From NCBI RefSeq assembly GCF_018350175.1, contig NC_058383.1, forward strand, positions 5,892,001-5,956,000: a stretch of DNA of 64,000 nucleotides, in the 5' to 3' direction. Positions within the stretch are counted from its first letter, which is position 1. Each line of letters begins with the position of its first letter. This document shows, piece after piece, positions 13,887-25,489 of this stretch. Origin of the DNA: Felis catus (lineage: Eukaryota). Under the pieces are notes generated by a model. It was not told where the DNA came from. It searched no databases and was given only the letters and a program-made list of their open reading frames with translations. Position numbers and translations under genes: made by a program.

Positions 13887-16608
13887 ACAGAGCCCAATGC
13901 GGTGAACACGCCAATCACGAAGTGGCTTAATTGCTCACTGCTGCTCTGGTTCCCGGCTCTCTAAACCACCTTCTATTTACAACTGGCTTCCTGTACAGGG
14001 TGCCTATAGGGAGAGGAGGAGCTGGTCAGGCTTATGTTAATATCATTTGTTAGTTTGATCTCCTCATAAATTGTCAAGTTGGCCTTACACACCAGTCTCT
14101 TGTGAGTGGTTAAGAGGAGACAAGCCCGAGGCTGATGCTCTCAGAGACGCTGGCAAGGTTTACCACGTGGGGCCGGCGTGTGGCAGACGTCTGTGCCACG
14201 TGGCCTGACAGCCAGCCAGCCTTCCTTAAGCTACACTGCCATGCAGCCAGAAGAAACTCCTCAGAGCCAAGTTCACAGATCACTGCAACACCATGTAGCA
14301 CCACCAAGATGGAACAGTCATGTTTGGTCACAGCGGTAGCTCTCAACTTGGTGAGGGGAAGCTATCATATGGTATCAAGTATCATGGTTTCCAGGGGCAG
14401 GATCACAGTGAAGGGGACTGGAGGGTGGGGTGTAATTATGGTAACGTTCCCTGGGCTCCCCCATCACGAGTTGGTGACCGCTGAGTCAACAGGATCGGAA
14501 AAGCTTTGTGGGGGGATGCATCATCCAAGATAGGTTTTGGAGGATGGACAGAATTTTGTTAAGCAAAGATGGGACTGCAGGCATTGCAGGTGCAGAGAAT
14601 GACACAGGCAGGAGTGCGAGTGGGTCGGGGGGATGTACAGGATGCGCTGGGGGAAAGGCAAGGCGAGCTGATCCATGTGTCTAGAGCACAGGACGCAAGC
14701 TGACACCGTGGGAGATGTGGGGATGGGGAGTCAGGCCTGTGTGTCGCGGAGGGTCCAAAGGCCTGGGTGCGGTATGAATATTCCGAGGGGCAGGCATGGA
14801 CCTGGGATCACTGCACCACAGTTCAGGCCCCTTCCAGCCAGGCCAGGCAAGCAGACCAAGATCCCAGGGGCCTATTGTGACCCTGATGCCCTGAGAACCA
14901 GGGCCCACACCAGTGGCTGAAGCCCCAGCTGGAGGAACACCTGGTCTGGATCTTGGGGATGGGAGGGAGGCCAGGGACTGGCCTCACTCCATTCTACAAG
15001 CCATGATTGGCCTGGCCTGTCTCTGCTCGTCCCTGCATCTGACTTGGCTCTCGGTCTCAGCTCCGGGTGCACTGGTTGTGCGCCCAGTGATTATGGCAGG
15101 CTCCGAAGTGTGGCTTAGTGGGTGATGCTTGGGCTGCACCCTTGGCTGGCTGTGGCCCTACTGGACCGGGTTTCTGTTTTGTTCTTCCTTCTCTTTTCTT
15201 GGAACAGAGGAGAATGGGGCAGGGCTGAGGTCGGGGAAGACTCTCTCTGTGGTTGCTTCCCCCAACCTCCCTATAATGATAAAGACCCACGTGGCCCAAG
15301 AGAGGGGCTCTGGTTCCATGAGCCACGTTGGCCCCATGTAGGACTTGCAAAGAAGGGTCAGATCCTTCTGTGAGCCAAGGCCTCTGCCTGATGATACTTG
15401 GCCTCTAGACGTGCAGGCTGTTTCTAGAGAGGACTTTGTCCGGAGAAACCAATCCATTCATTCATGCCCTCATCAAGCATTTCCCGAGTATGGCCAGGCG
15501 CTGTGTCAGGTCTTGGCAGGATAGCGACGGCCAAGACAGACAAGGCCTCTGGAACTGACACTTCGGTGAGGCACATCCGGGCCCCCGAGGCAGGTCTGCA
15601 CCAGCAATAGGGAAAGAAGTCTGGTGTCCCTTTTGGGGTGGGCTGTGGTTGGGCAAGTCTTTAGCTATGGCTGAGGAGGGCCTGGAGCCACTAAAAGGAG
15701 CTGCCTGGGTGCACTGCAAACAGCCCCCTCTGCCTGACAAGGGCAGGGGGGGCAGTACGTGTTCCACGGCCCCCTCACTGTCACCCAGGCCTGTCCAGTG
15801 CTGGCCTGTGCCCCACCCCGTTTCCAATGCCTCCTTCTTTCCACTCCGCCCCTTCAAGACCTTGAATCCCATTTTAACCAAACTCCACATACATAAAAAT
15901 GTTCCTATGCTGCACATGGGAGATGGAAGTTGCTTTGCCCTGGTTTACCCTTGTTTGCGAAGCCACTGAGAGGGCTCCACCTCTGATCCATTGGCAGAGC
16001 CACCGTCCAGTCAGTCCTGCAAGGAGACTGTGTCCCTCCCACTAGGGGCTCAGATGGGTGGTTTGGCAGGAGAAGCCCTTTGTAAGTTTTTGCGTGGGTG
16101 ACAATCTGTGGTGAGTTCAGATAAGAGCAAAGAGGCACTGAATAAACAGAAGTCAATTTCCCCATACACTGTCTTGACCTGGTCTTATCAGTAGCAGGTA
16201 TTTGATACATTCTGGTTGGATTGTTTTTAGGCCTTTCCTGTCCAGAATGCTGCAGTGTCGATGCAGGGAAGACTTGGGAGCCATTATACCACACAGCCCA
16301 GCAGCTTCTCAACAGTATGACCCCAAGACAGAAGCTAAGAGCGCCTGGTTTGTCCATTTTTCTAATTAAGGTATCTTTTACACAGAGCAAGATGCACCCT
16401 TTTTAGCATATGGTTGGTTCTATGAGTTGCAACAAAGGCCCGGAGTTGTGCAACCATATCATCACCCCAGAAAGTTCCCTCACGCCTCTCACATAGTCAA
16501 CTCGTGTACCCATTTCCTGCCTCTGGCATCCCAGGTCTGTGTTCTGTTTCTATAATTTTGCCTTTCCGGAATATCGTATACATGGAGTCATACAGTATGT
16601 GGCCTTCT

Positions 16609-16838
16609 TTTTTTTTTTTTTTTAATGTTTGTTTATTTTTGACAGAGAGAGAGAGAGAGAGAGAGACAGAGCATGAGCGGAGGAGGGGCAGAGAGAGAGG
16701 GAGACACAGAATATGAAGCAGGCTCCAGGCTCTGAGCTGTCAGCACAGAGCCCGACGCAGGGCTCGAACTCACAGACCACGAGATCATGACCTGAGCCGA
16801 AGTCGGACACTCAACCGACTGAGTCACCCAGGCGCCCC
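16609..16838 (-). mobile_element. Feline CAN-SINE
   Basis: Full body; TSD AGTA(T/C)GTGGCCTTCT at 16594-16608 and 16840-16854. Confidence 0.93.
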
Positions 16839-17215
16839 AAGTACGTGGCCTTCTGAGTCTGGCTTCTGTCAGTTAGCAATGCATTTGTGATTTAGCCTTG
16901 TTATTGGGCGTATCAGTCATTCGTTCCTTTTTATTGCTCGGTAGTATTCCGTGGTGTGGATGGACCACAGTTCATTCATCCCTTTCCTTCTTGAAGGCAT
17001 TTGGAAGGTTTCCAGTATTTTTTGGTGATTATGAATCAAGATACTTTAAGTGTTCATTTTCAAGTTTTATGTGAACATAAGTTTTCATTTCTCTCAGGTA
17101 AATATCCAGACGTGAGATGTGCTGGTCTTATCCTAAGTGTATGTTTAACTTCGTAAGAAACTGCCAAACTGCTTTCCAAAATGGCTATACCGTTTGGTAT
17201 TCCTGTCAGCAATGT

Positions 17216-17640
17216 GTTATGCTAAGTGAAATAAGTCAGGCTGAGAAAGACAAATACCATATGATTTCACTCATACGTGAGATCTAAAAAAACCCAAGAA
17301 CCAAATGAATAAACAAACAAACAAACAGAATCAGGCCTGTAAACACAGAGAACAACCTGATCGTTGCCAGCGGGGAGGGGTTCCGGGGGGGTGGACAAAA
17401 TGGGTGAAGAAGGGCAGTGGGAGATACAGGTTTCCGATTATGGAATGAGGAAGTCAGAGGGATAAAAGGCACACATAAGGAGTACAGTCAATGATACTGG
17501 AATAGTCTTGTATGGTGACAGATGATAGCTATACTTGCGAGCAGAGCTTAAGGCTTAAATGTGTGGAATCACTATGTTGTACACCTGAAACTAATGGAAC
17601 ATTGTGTGTCAACCACACTCAAATAAATTAAAAAAAAAAT
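17216..17640 (+). mobile_element. 5'-truncated L1 3' end (carnivore/L1MA-like)
   Basis: atgctaagtgaaataagtcag..gagaaagacaaataccatatgatttcact...tgtacacctgaaactaat, AATAAA at 17622-17627 and an A-run at 17630-17639. Confidence 0.88.
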
Positions 17641-18199
17641 AGAAAGAACAATGTTAACTAAAAAATTCTTGTTTAATGTCTCCCCAGAATATGAGCCAAG
17701 AACACTCATTTAATCTTAGGATATTTGTGGTGGAAAATTTTAATTTAATTTCTATATTTAAACTATAAACTCCTTTTATAAATTAAAAACAAAACAAAAC
17801 AAAAGCAAAACACCCCAGACCCCCACAGTGCATGAGAGTGTCAGCTGCCCATCCTTACAGGCATTCAGTGATGCCAGATTTTTGTTGGTTTGAAGCCACT
17901 CCAATAGGTAATCAGTGGCATCCTGCTGTGGTTTGAATTTGCATTTCCCTGATGACTAATGATGTTGAGTACCTTTTCATGTACTTATTTGCCATGTGTA
18001 TATTTTCTTTGGTAAATTGCTCAAAACTTTAGCCCATTAAAAAAATTAGATTGCGTTTTGAGGTTTTTTTGTTTGTTTGTTTGTTTGTTTTTTTAGAGTT
18101 CTTTATACCTTCAACACACAAATCCTTTGTCAAATATATTGCAACTATTTTTGCTTTGGATACTCAGGTTTATCTCTTAGGACAGTTTAAAATAAGCAA

Positions 18200-20330
18200 A
18201 AAAAAAGTTTTAAAAATCTTTACCTTCTCTTAAACTGTTCTTGGAGATCTTAATTTCTTCGTGTAGATCCAGATTTCTGTCTAGTACCATATTCTTTTTC
18301 CTGAAGAATTTTCTTACACTATACATCTGCAGATAATGAATTCTTTCTGCTTTTTTTTAAGGTGTTTATTTTATGTTTATTTTTTGAGAGAGAGAATTCT
18401 AGGGTGACAGGTCTTTTTCTTCCAATACTTTAAAGATGTTAATCTGTTATCTTCTGGCTTCCATAGTTTCTGATGAAAAATCTTCTACAATCACACCTCT
18501 GTATATAACATGTCTGTTTTCTAGTTGCCCTCAAGATACTGTCCTTATCATTGGTTTTCGGAAGTTTGAGTAAGACTTGTCTGAGTTTTTTGTTTGCATT
18601 GTGGGGAATAGGCTATTTATTCTGGTGTGGCCCACTGACCTTCTTGGGTTTGTAATTTGATGTTATTTTATTTTTGGAAAATTATTGGCCATTATCTCTT
18701 CAAATATTTATTCTGCCTTATTGCCTCTCTCTTTACCTTCTGGGATTTCAACTACACTTGTTAGACCATTCGTTATTGTCCAATATCTACTGGATGCTCT
18801 ATCCTTCAACATGGTTTTTTGCTCTTTTTAAAACTCTTCTTTGTGTTTTAGTTTGGGTAATTTCCATTGACCTCCCTTAAAAGTTCACTTTTATTTTCTC
18901 AGTAGTGTGAAGTATTCTGATAAGCTCTTTGAAGGCATTTCTCTTCTCTTTATTACTATTTTTAAAAATTCTGACACAGTTGATTTTCTAATAGTTTTCA
19001 TCTCTCTGCTAAAATTTCTCAGCTGTTCATGAATGTTGTTCACCTTTCTCACCAGATCATTCAACATATTATTCATATTTATTTATTTAATATTTTAAAG
19101 TTTATTTATTTTTTGAGAGAGAAAGAACACACGTGGGGGAGGGGCAGAGAGCGAGCACATGAGAGAATCCCAAGCAGGCTCTGCACTGACAGCTTCCCGT
19201 GGGGCTCGAACCCACAAACCCCTCAGGGATGATGACCTGAGTGGAAATCAAGAGCTGGGTGCTTAACTGATGGAGACACCCAGGCACCCTTATTTATAGT
19301 TATTTTAAAAATCTCTGTCTCCTAGTTCTAACATCTGGGTCGTCTCTGAGTCTGGTTCTTTTTATTATTATATCTCTTTGCAGGGAATTGTTTTTCACTT
19401 GCTTTGTTGAATGTCTTATAATTTCTGGTTGAATGCCAGACACGGTATGTAGAACAGTAGAGACTGAAATACTTATGCCTGCAAATGGGCAAGCCTTTTC
19501 TTCTGCTTGGCTGCTAGTGTGGGGGGTGGGTCAAACTAGTCAGGAATAAAACTGGGTTTGGGTTTTGTTGATGTAGTTACCTTCAGTGCACCACCAGCTT
19601 CAAATTTTTCTAGAGATGCTTTGTGTTTAGGGTGGTGGTTGGGGTGCTGAGAGTTTTTATCATTTCTGTTACATTCTCAGCTTTCAGTCTTCTCTGCATG
19701 TCTGCACCTCAAAGAGGGTGTCCATGGTCACGCGCCTCCCCCTTGGTGCTAGTCTGGGGCTGGTGGACAAAAATATTGTTTCCTGACCCAGCTTTGATCT
19801 TAGGCAGGTCCTGTGTCCTTGGGTCTTGGGGGTGGGGCTTTCTCCGTGATCCAGCCCACCTTCCTGTGGCAGCCAAACTCTGTCTTGTAACTGGTGGGTC
19901 TTGTGAAGGAGAGAGTTTCCTATTCCTCTACCAGCAGAAGACCTCTAAGGGTATTAGTATAGGATTCTGGGCTCAGAATGGTTTCCTCCTGACCCCACTT
20001 CGGGGTAGACTTTTATTTTTTTTACCCTTACGCCACCTGCAATAGGTCTTTACCTGTGTTCTGGGGGTGATAGAGTTTTCTGTCCCTCCCCTCTTAGGAC
20101 GTTAGGGTTTTATTCCAAAGGAGGCAGGAGTCCTGTATGCTGAGCTTTGTGCCCCTGCCACAGATGATTCAGTGATGTGTCTCATTTTTCCTTAAAAGGG
20201 CCCATCTTTACTTAGTTTTCAGACTACTTGGTTGTCCTGCAACCTCGGCTTTCTGATGGGTTCAATAAAAGGTATGGTTTTCTTGTTGTTAGGGTAGGAG
20301 TGACATTCTTTCTACCTTTCTTCATCCAAA
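18200..20330 (-). mobile_element. Degraded L1M 5'/ORF1 region (antisense)
   Basis: ttttggaaaattattggccattatctcttcaaatatt motif; ORF 18891-19076(-) resembles the L1 ORF1 coiled coil (..NIHEQLRNFSREMKTIRK..). Confidence 0.7.
19086..19289 (-). mobile_element. Older CAN-SINE
   Basis: gagaatcccaagcaggctctgcactgacag...gaaatcaagag...cacccaggcaccc. Confidence 0.88.
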
Positions 20331-20619
20331 CCGGAGACAGAATTATCCATTTTGAATAGGAAGGAACAAGAAAAATGGAGGATAAACCACCGTGGAAAAA
20401 GAAAGGAGACTTTTCACTAATGGAGAAGAAGGATGTACGAGCAGACCAAGGACATGGTATCCCAAGACAAGGATGGGGGAGGTTTGCTAAATCACAAGAA
20501 GTGGAAAGGTGTGGCTCAATTAGCAGTTAAAATGTGCAGTTGTTCACTGAGACAGACACAGCCATTCACTGGGGCTGAGTCTGTGTGTGTGTCAGCCATG
20601 CAGGGCGAGCCCATTGGAG

Positions 20620-21273
20620 GTGACACGGTGAAAACACGCCCCATAAGGTTAAGGAGGCTAAAACCCACAAGCAAGAGTCCCACTGACCCCTATTCTTCAC
20701 AGAAACGGTAACCTTAACCTTTAGGAGCAAACGACAGGAAGACTCTAGCCGGCCCAGGCCAGTTTGAACCTGACCATTGACTCACACCTGCATAGATGGA
20801 CCACGGAGTGTCCACAGTTACCTCTACCTCTTTACAATGCTAAAATCTCCACCCAAAGAGGAGCACCAACCTCATTAACATAACACAGGGTGCACGTATA
20901 GGCATGTTTTCGAAGCATGCCTGTGTAACAACATTAGGCCCCCCCTTTATATGTGATCACAAAACTCCTCTTTCCGAATATTCATCCTAACTCTAAATAA
21001 AAGAAACCCATTCATCCCCCAGTCAGGGAGTCACGGCTTTGGAAGTTATTCCCCATGATCCCCATTTGTTGCAAATCATTTTCTTCGTGTGACAACTCAC
21101 AACTCAGAACTCTGGGTACAATGGCCGGAGCCTATTCCCCTGATACGCCTGAGGGACGAGAAAGAGGGAGCGGGCAAGTACTGACCTTTGCACAATGAAG
21201 GGTGGCTGGCATACAGCACCACGTCCCCAAGTGCCCAGCAAATGAACCCTGCAGTGTCTTCTCCCCGGCAACT
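20620..21273 (+). mobile_element. Probable ERV1-class solo LTR
   Basis: LTR-like layout: TATA-like taaataaaag at ~20994, then ggctttggaagttattccccatgatcccc..ttgcaaat (decayed polyA region) and a U5-like end gcaaatgaaccc...ggcaac. Family not determined. Confidence 0.5.
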
Positions 21274-21515
21274 CTGAGACTGCTTTGTGCATGGGGAAAT
21301 TTCCATCTCCTGATTTCAGTCACCTCTGGATTCCTGCCTGTTCTTTCCCCACAATATTTTTCTTTCCACCCTCATTCTGGACTCCTATTTGTCTCTCTGT
21401 TTATAATCTCCTCTCTCCCCTTCAGTCCATCCTATGATTCAGCATCATAAAACATAAAGCATCAATGTCTCTCTTTATTCTCACAAAATGTCAACAACTC
21501 TCTCTTGCCTGGGCG

Positions 21516-21838
21516 ACAGTCACAGACTCCAATGCCTATGGGGACCAGGCAGGAAGCATGACTAAGTGAGGAAGGCAGGACTGAGTAGGAGCACATACAT
21601 GCCTGGTCACAGCGAACAAGTGCTTCTCAACTCCAGGTTACCCTTGTCAAGTGAGAATACAGGCCATGTGGACAGGTTTTCTGATTTTCCCGGGTAAGCC
21701 GGAAATCTGGCTTTTTGCATGAATTTTCCTATTTGTAATGTTGGCAACTAATTTAAAAATTTGTCAAAATAGTGTGTGGGCCAGAGAAAACAATCTGTGG
21801 CCGGATATGCCATGACAGCTGCCGGTCTGCACCCCTGG
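21516..21838 (-). mobile_element. hAT-Charlie DNA transposon relic (MER102-like)
   Basis: aatgcctatggggaccaggcagg at one end; gccggaaatctgg..aatgttggcaactaatt..gtgggccagagaaaacaatctgtggccggat..tgcacccctg at the other. Confidence 0.7.
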
Positions 21839-22684
21839 TGTGGAAAATCAGCTCCACGCTTCTCAGCCGGATATGAGAGGCATTGCTCAGTCCACCACCC
21901 AGCCTTTTCTTCAAGGATTCATGACCTGAGCCCGTACACCAGAGAATTCTCCTTCTATTCCACGGTACACATTACACAGCAGTCTTCCCGCTCATCCAGT
22001 TGAAGAATGCACATTGGCACCGACCTGCCCTGCATTTCTTATCATTCAACCCTCCCTGATTTCCAGAGGCTGTGTGCCTCCTCTCCAAGTACAAGGTCTT
22101 TGACAGCTTCACAACCCCTCACCTGGCTTTTCTTTGTATCTCTAAACTTCCTTAATGAATGTACTCATTTTAAAAATGAGTTATATTTAAAATGTAACTT
22201 AGTTGAGTTATACAGACCAGACAATTCACTACTGAAGGGTACAATTCCACAATGTTTAGCACATTCCCATTAACTAATTTGCTATTTGTGTCCTACTGAC
22301 TTCCAAATAGGATTTGGGGTTGCTTACAAAATTAAACACAATACAAACAGGACAACTAATAAGAACAGTACACCTCCCCAATTATCAACAGACTTTGCCA
22401 GGCATCCAAATGAGTTACTCCACTTGAGCATTTATTTTAGCCTGAGTTCCCTGGCAGAGAAGAAAAAAGAGAAATGAGTTGTCTGATAAAACAACACAGA
22501 CAAATTTCTCAAGAGAGATGCTCTTTCCTGGCTAAGCGTCCAAGGAGGATGTTTGCATAAAGAGCCATTATTTGTGACTTTTATTGATAGGCAAATGACT
22601 TTCCTTCAGAACAATATTGACACTTCTCCACTTAAATAAATTATTGACACAATAGACTTGTTGGCAGGAATAAAATGTTCAGTA

Positions 22685-22845
22685 TAACATTGCAATTAAG
22701 AACACAGGCTTTGGGATCAGAAAAACTTCAATTATTAGGTGTGTAACCTTGTGCAAGTCTCTACAGGCCTTAGGTGCCTCATCTGTAGAATGGGGTTAAA
22801 GGCAGGGTGTCTTTCAATGAATTTTGGCAGGAGGATTAAATGAGA
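22685..22845 (+). mobile_element. MIR fragment
   Basis: aggctttgggatcaga...gtgtaaccttgtgcaagt...cctcatctgtagaatgggg...gaggattaaatgag. Confidence 0.75.
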
Positions 22846-23833
22846 AAGTAAGGTTAAGGTGGTGCTTACAGCATTTCTCCACTGCAAAGATACTATTTCA
22901 TCTTCCCTTTGATTAATAAGTATCTTTTGAGGAGATACTTTGAGAGTATGTAAATATCTTGTTACCTCTCAAACTTTAACCCACTTGTTTTAGTATTCAT
23001 TGATGCTTCTCACCCAAATCAATCATTACTGCCAAAGGATGACTGCCAAATGATGATCTTTTAATATCATCATTCCTTCTGCAATTATAAGTTGACTTTC
23101 AACAGTAAAAAAAAAAAAAGCTTTCTGAAATTAAAGATTGTCTAAATAAATAAAAAGATATCCCATGTTCATGAACCAGAAAACTTAGCATTCTAAAGAT
23201 GGTAATACTCCCCCAAATTGATCTATAGAGTCAACACAATTCCTATCAGAATCCTAGCTGGCTTTTTTTTTTTTTTTTTTGCAGAAATTAACAAGAATTA
23301 AGAAGCTGACTCTAAAATTGATAAAGAAATGCCAGAGTCCCAGGGCAACCAAAACAATCTTGAAAAAGAAGAACAATGTTGGAGAACTAACACTTTCTAA
23401 TTTTAAAACTTACTTCAAAGCTACACTAATCAAAACAGTGTGGTACTGGCATTAAAGGATAAATGTACAGATGAGTAGTACAGAATGGAAAGTCCAGAGG
23501 TAGACTTTTAAATTTATGGTCACTTGGTTTTCGGCAAGAGTGCCAAGACAATTCAGTGGGAAAGATGAGTCTTTTCCAAAATGGTGTTGAACAATTGGAT
23601 ATCCATAAGCAGAAGAATGAAGTTGGATGCCTTATATTATACGATGCTCAAAAAAAAAAAAAAAAAAGGACCAAAATCCCAAATTTAGGAGTTAAAAATA
23701 AACTATTAGAAGAAAACATTAGAGTAGATCTTCAAGACCTTGGGTTAGGCAATGCCTTCTTAGGTAAGGCACCAAAAATACAAATGACAAAAGAAAATAT
23801 AGATAATTGGACTTCATCAAAATTAAAAACATT

Positions 23834-23993
23834 GGGGCACCTAGGTGGCTTAGTTGGTTAAGTGTCCAACTTTGGCTCAGGTCATGATCTCATAGTTTGT
23901 GAGTTTGAGCCCAATGTCAAGTTCTCTGTTTTCAGCACAAGGCACACTTTGGATCCTCTGTCCCCCCCTCTCTCTGTACCTCCTATTTGTTCT
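23834..23993 (+). mobile_element. 3'-truncated CAN-SINE
   Basis: ggggcacctaggtggcttagttggttaag...ggctcaggtcatgatctc...; no A-tail and no TSD. Confidence 0.85.
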
Positions 23994-24931
23994 CTAGAAT
24001 ACACGAAGAGCTGCTACAACTCAATAATAAAAAGATCAATAACCCAATAAAAGATGGGAAAGGATCTGGATAGGCTTTTCTCCAAAGAGGACCTACAAAT
24101 GGACAATAAGTATATGAAAAGATGCTCAGCATCATTAGTCATTAGTGAAACGAAATTCAAAACCACAACGAGATACCTTTTCACACTCAGCAGGACAGCT
24201 ATCATCAAAGAGACAGATAATAATGGGATAAGGAGACACTGGAACACTCATATTTTGCTAGTGGGAATATAAAATGCAAAATGTGAAAGGAGTGAAGCTG
24301 CTGTGGAAAACAGCTTGGCAGTTCTTCAAAATGTTAAACACAGAGTTACCATATGCCAGCAAAATCACTCCTAGAGAAATCTACCAAGGAGAAATGAAAA
24401 CATAGATCCACATAAAAATATGTACATGAATTTTCATGAATCTGTACACATAAAAACTGGTACACATAGTTCATATATTTATTCATACTAGCTAAATAGT
24501 GGAAATAATCCATATGTCCACCAACTGATGAATGGATAAACAAAATATGGTATGTCTATACAGTGGAATATTATTTGGCAATAAAAAAGGGTAAAGTAAT
24601 GAATACATGCTACAACATGGATTAACTTTGAAGACACAAATGAGAGAAGCCAGTGACAAATGACCACATATTGTGTGAATCCATTCACATGAGATGTTCA
24701 GAGTAGAAAAATCTACAAAGATAGAGAATAGACCAGCCTGGGGCTGAGGATGGGGTCAGAAGGGAAGAGTGACTGCTGATGGGGACAGGGTTTCTTTCTA
24801 GGGTGATAAAGATACTCTAAAATTAGATGTGGTCATGGCTGCACAACTCTGTGAGTATACTAAAACCAGTGAACTGTATACTTTAAGTATATATATATAT
24901 GTATAATATATATATAACATTATATATACAT

Positions 24932-24962
<31 letters not shown>

Positions 24963-24968
<6 letters not shown>

Positions 24969-25183
24969 ATTTGTTTTTTTCAACGTTTATTTATTTTTGG
25001 GACAGAGAGAGACGGAGCATGAACGGGGGAGGGGCAGAGAGAGAGGGAGACACAGAATTGGAAACAGGCTCCAGGCTCTGAGCCATCAGCCCAGAGCCTG
25101 ACGCGGGGCTCGAACTCATGGACCGCGAGATCGTGACCTGGCTGAAGTCGGACGCTTAACCGACTGCGCCACCCAGGCGCCCC
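24963..25183 (-). mobile_element. Young-subfamily feline CAN-SINE inserted in the tail of an older SINE
   Basis: Diagnostic tggcgcagtcgg / cttcagccaggtcacg / gggctgatgg motifs with CpGs largely intact. Confidence 0.93.
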
Positions 25184-25360
25184 TATTTATTTATTTTGAG
25201 GCAGGGAGGATCAGAGAGACAGGAAGAGAGAGAATCCGTGAAATCCAAGCAAGATCCGTGCAGAGCTCAACTTGGAGCTCGATCCCACAAACCGCAAGAT
25301 CATGACCTGAGCTGAAATCAAGAGTTGGCTGCTTAACTGACTAAGCCACCCAGGTGTCCC
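25184..25360 (-). mobile_element. Older CAN-SINE (host of the young copy)
   Basis: Outer TSD AACT(G/A)TATACTTTAA at ~24872-24886 and ~25363-25377. Confidence 0.85.
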
Positions 25361-25489
25361 TCAACTATATACTTTAAATGGGTGAATTGTACAGTATATG
25401 AATTCTGTCTCCATGAAACTACTGAAAAAATCAGTACAGAAACATAAAAAATATTAGATTTATAAAAAGGGAGAACCTTTCTTCCCCCT

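Larger units (their letters stand above)
16360..18170 (-). mobile_element. Old L1M 3' region (antisense), host to a SINE and a younger sense-strand L1
   Basis: L1 motifs ggagtcatacagtatgtggcc, gtttaacttcgtaagaaactgccaaact, gtggtttgaatttgcatttccctgatgactaatgatgttgag. Confidence 0.85.
23130..25430 (+). mobile_element. L1M ORF2 3' part and 3' UTR (sense, decayed), containing three SINEs
   Basis: ORF2-type sequence aaagctacactaatcaaaacagtgtggtactggc; ORF 24054-24272 MGKDLDRLFSKEDLQMDNKYMKRCSASLVI matches the L1 ORF2 C-terminus; L1MB/MC-like 3' UTR. Confidence 0.9.

Noticed and set aside
265..16390. Numerous 60-216 aa ORFs in the GC-richer left segment
   Set aside because: Random-like composition, mostly non-ATG starts and no known motifs.
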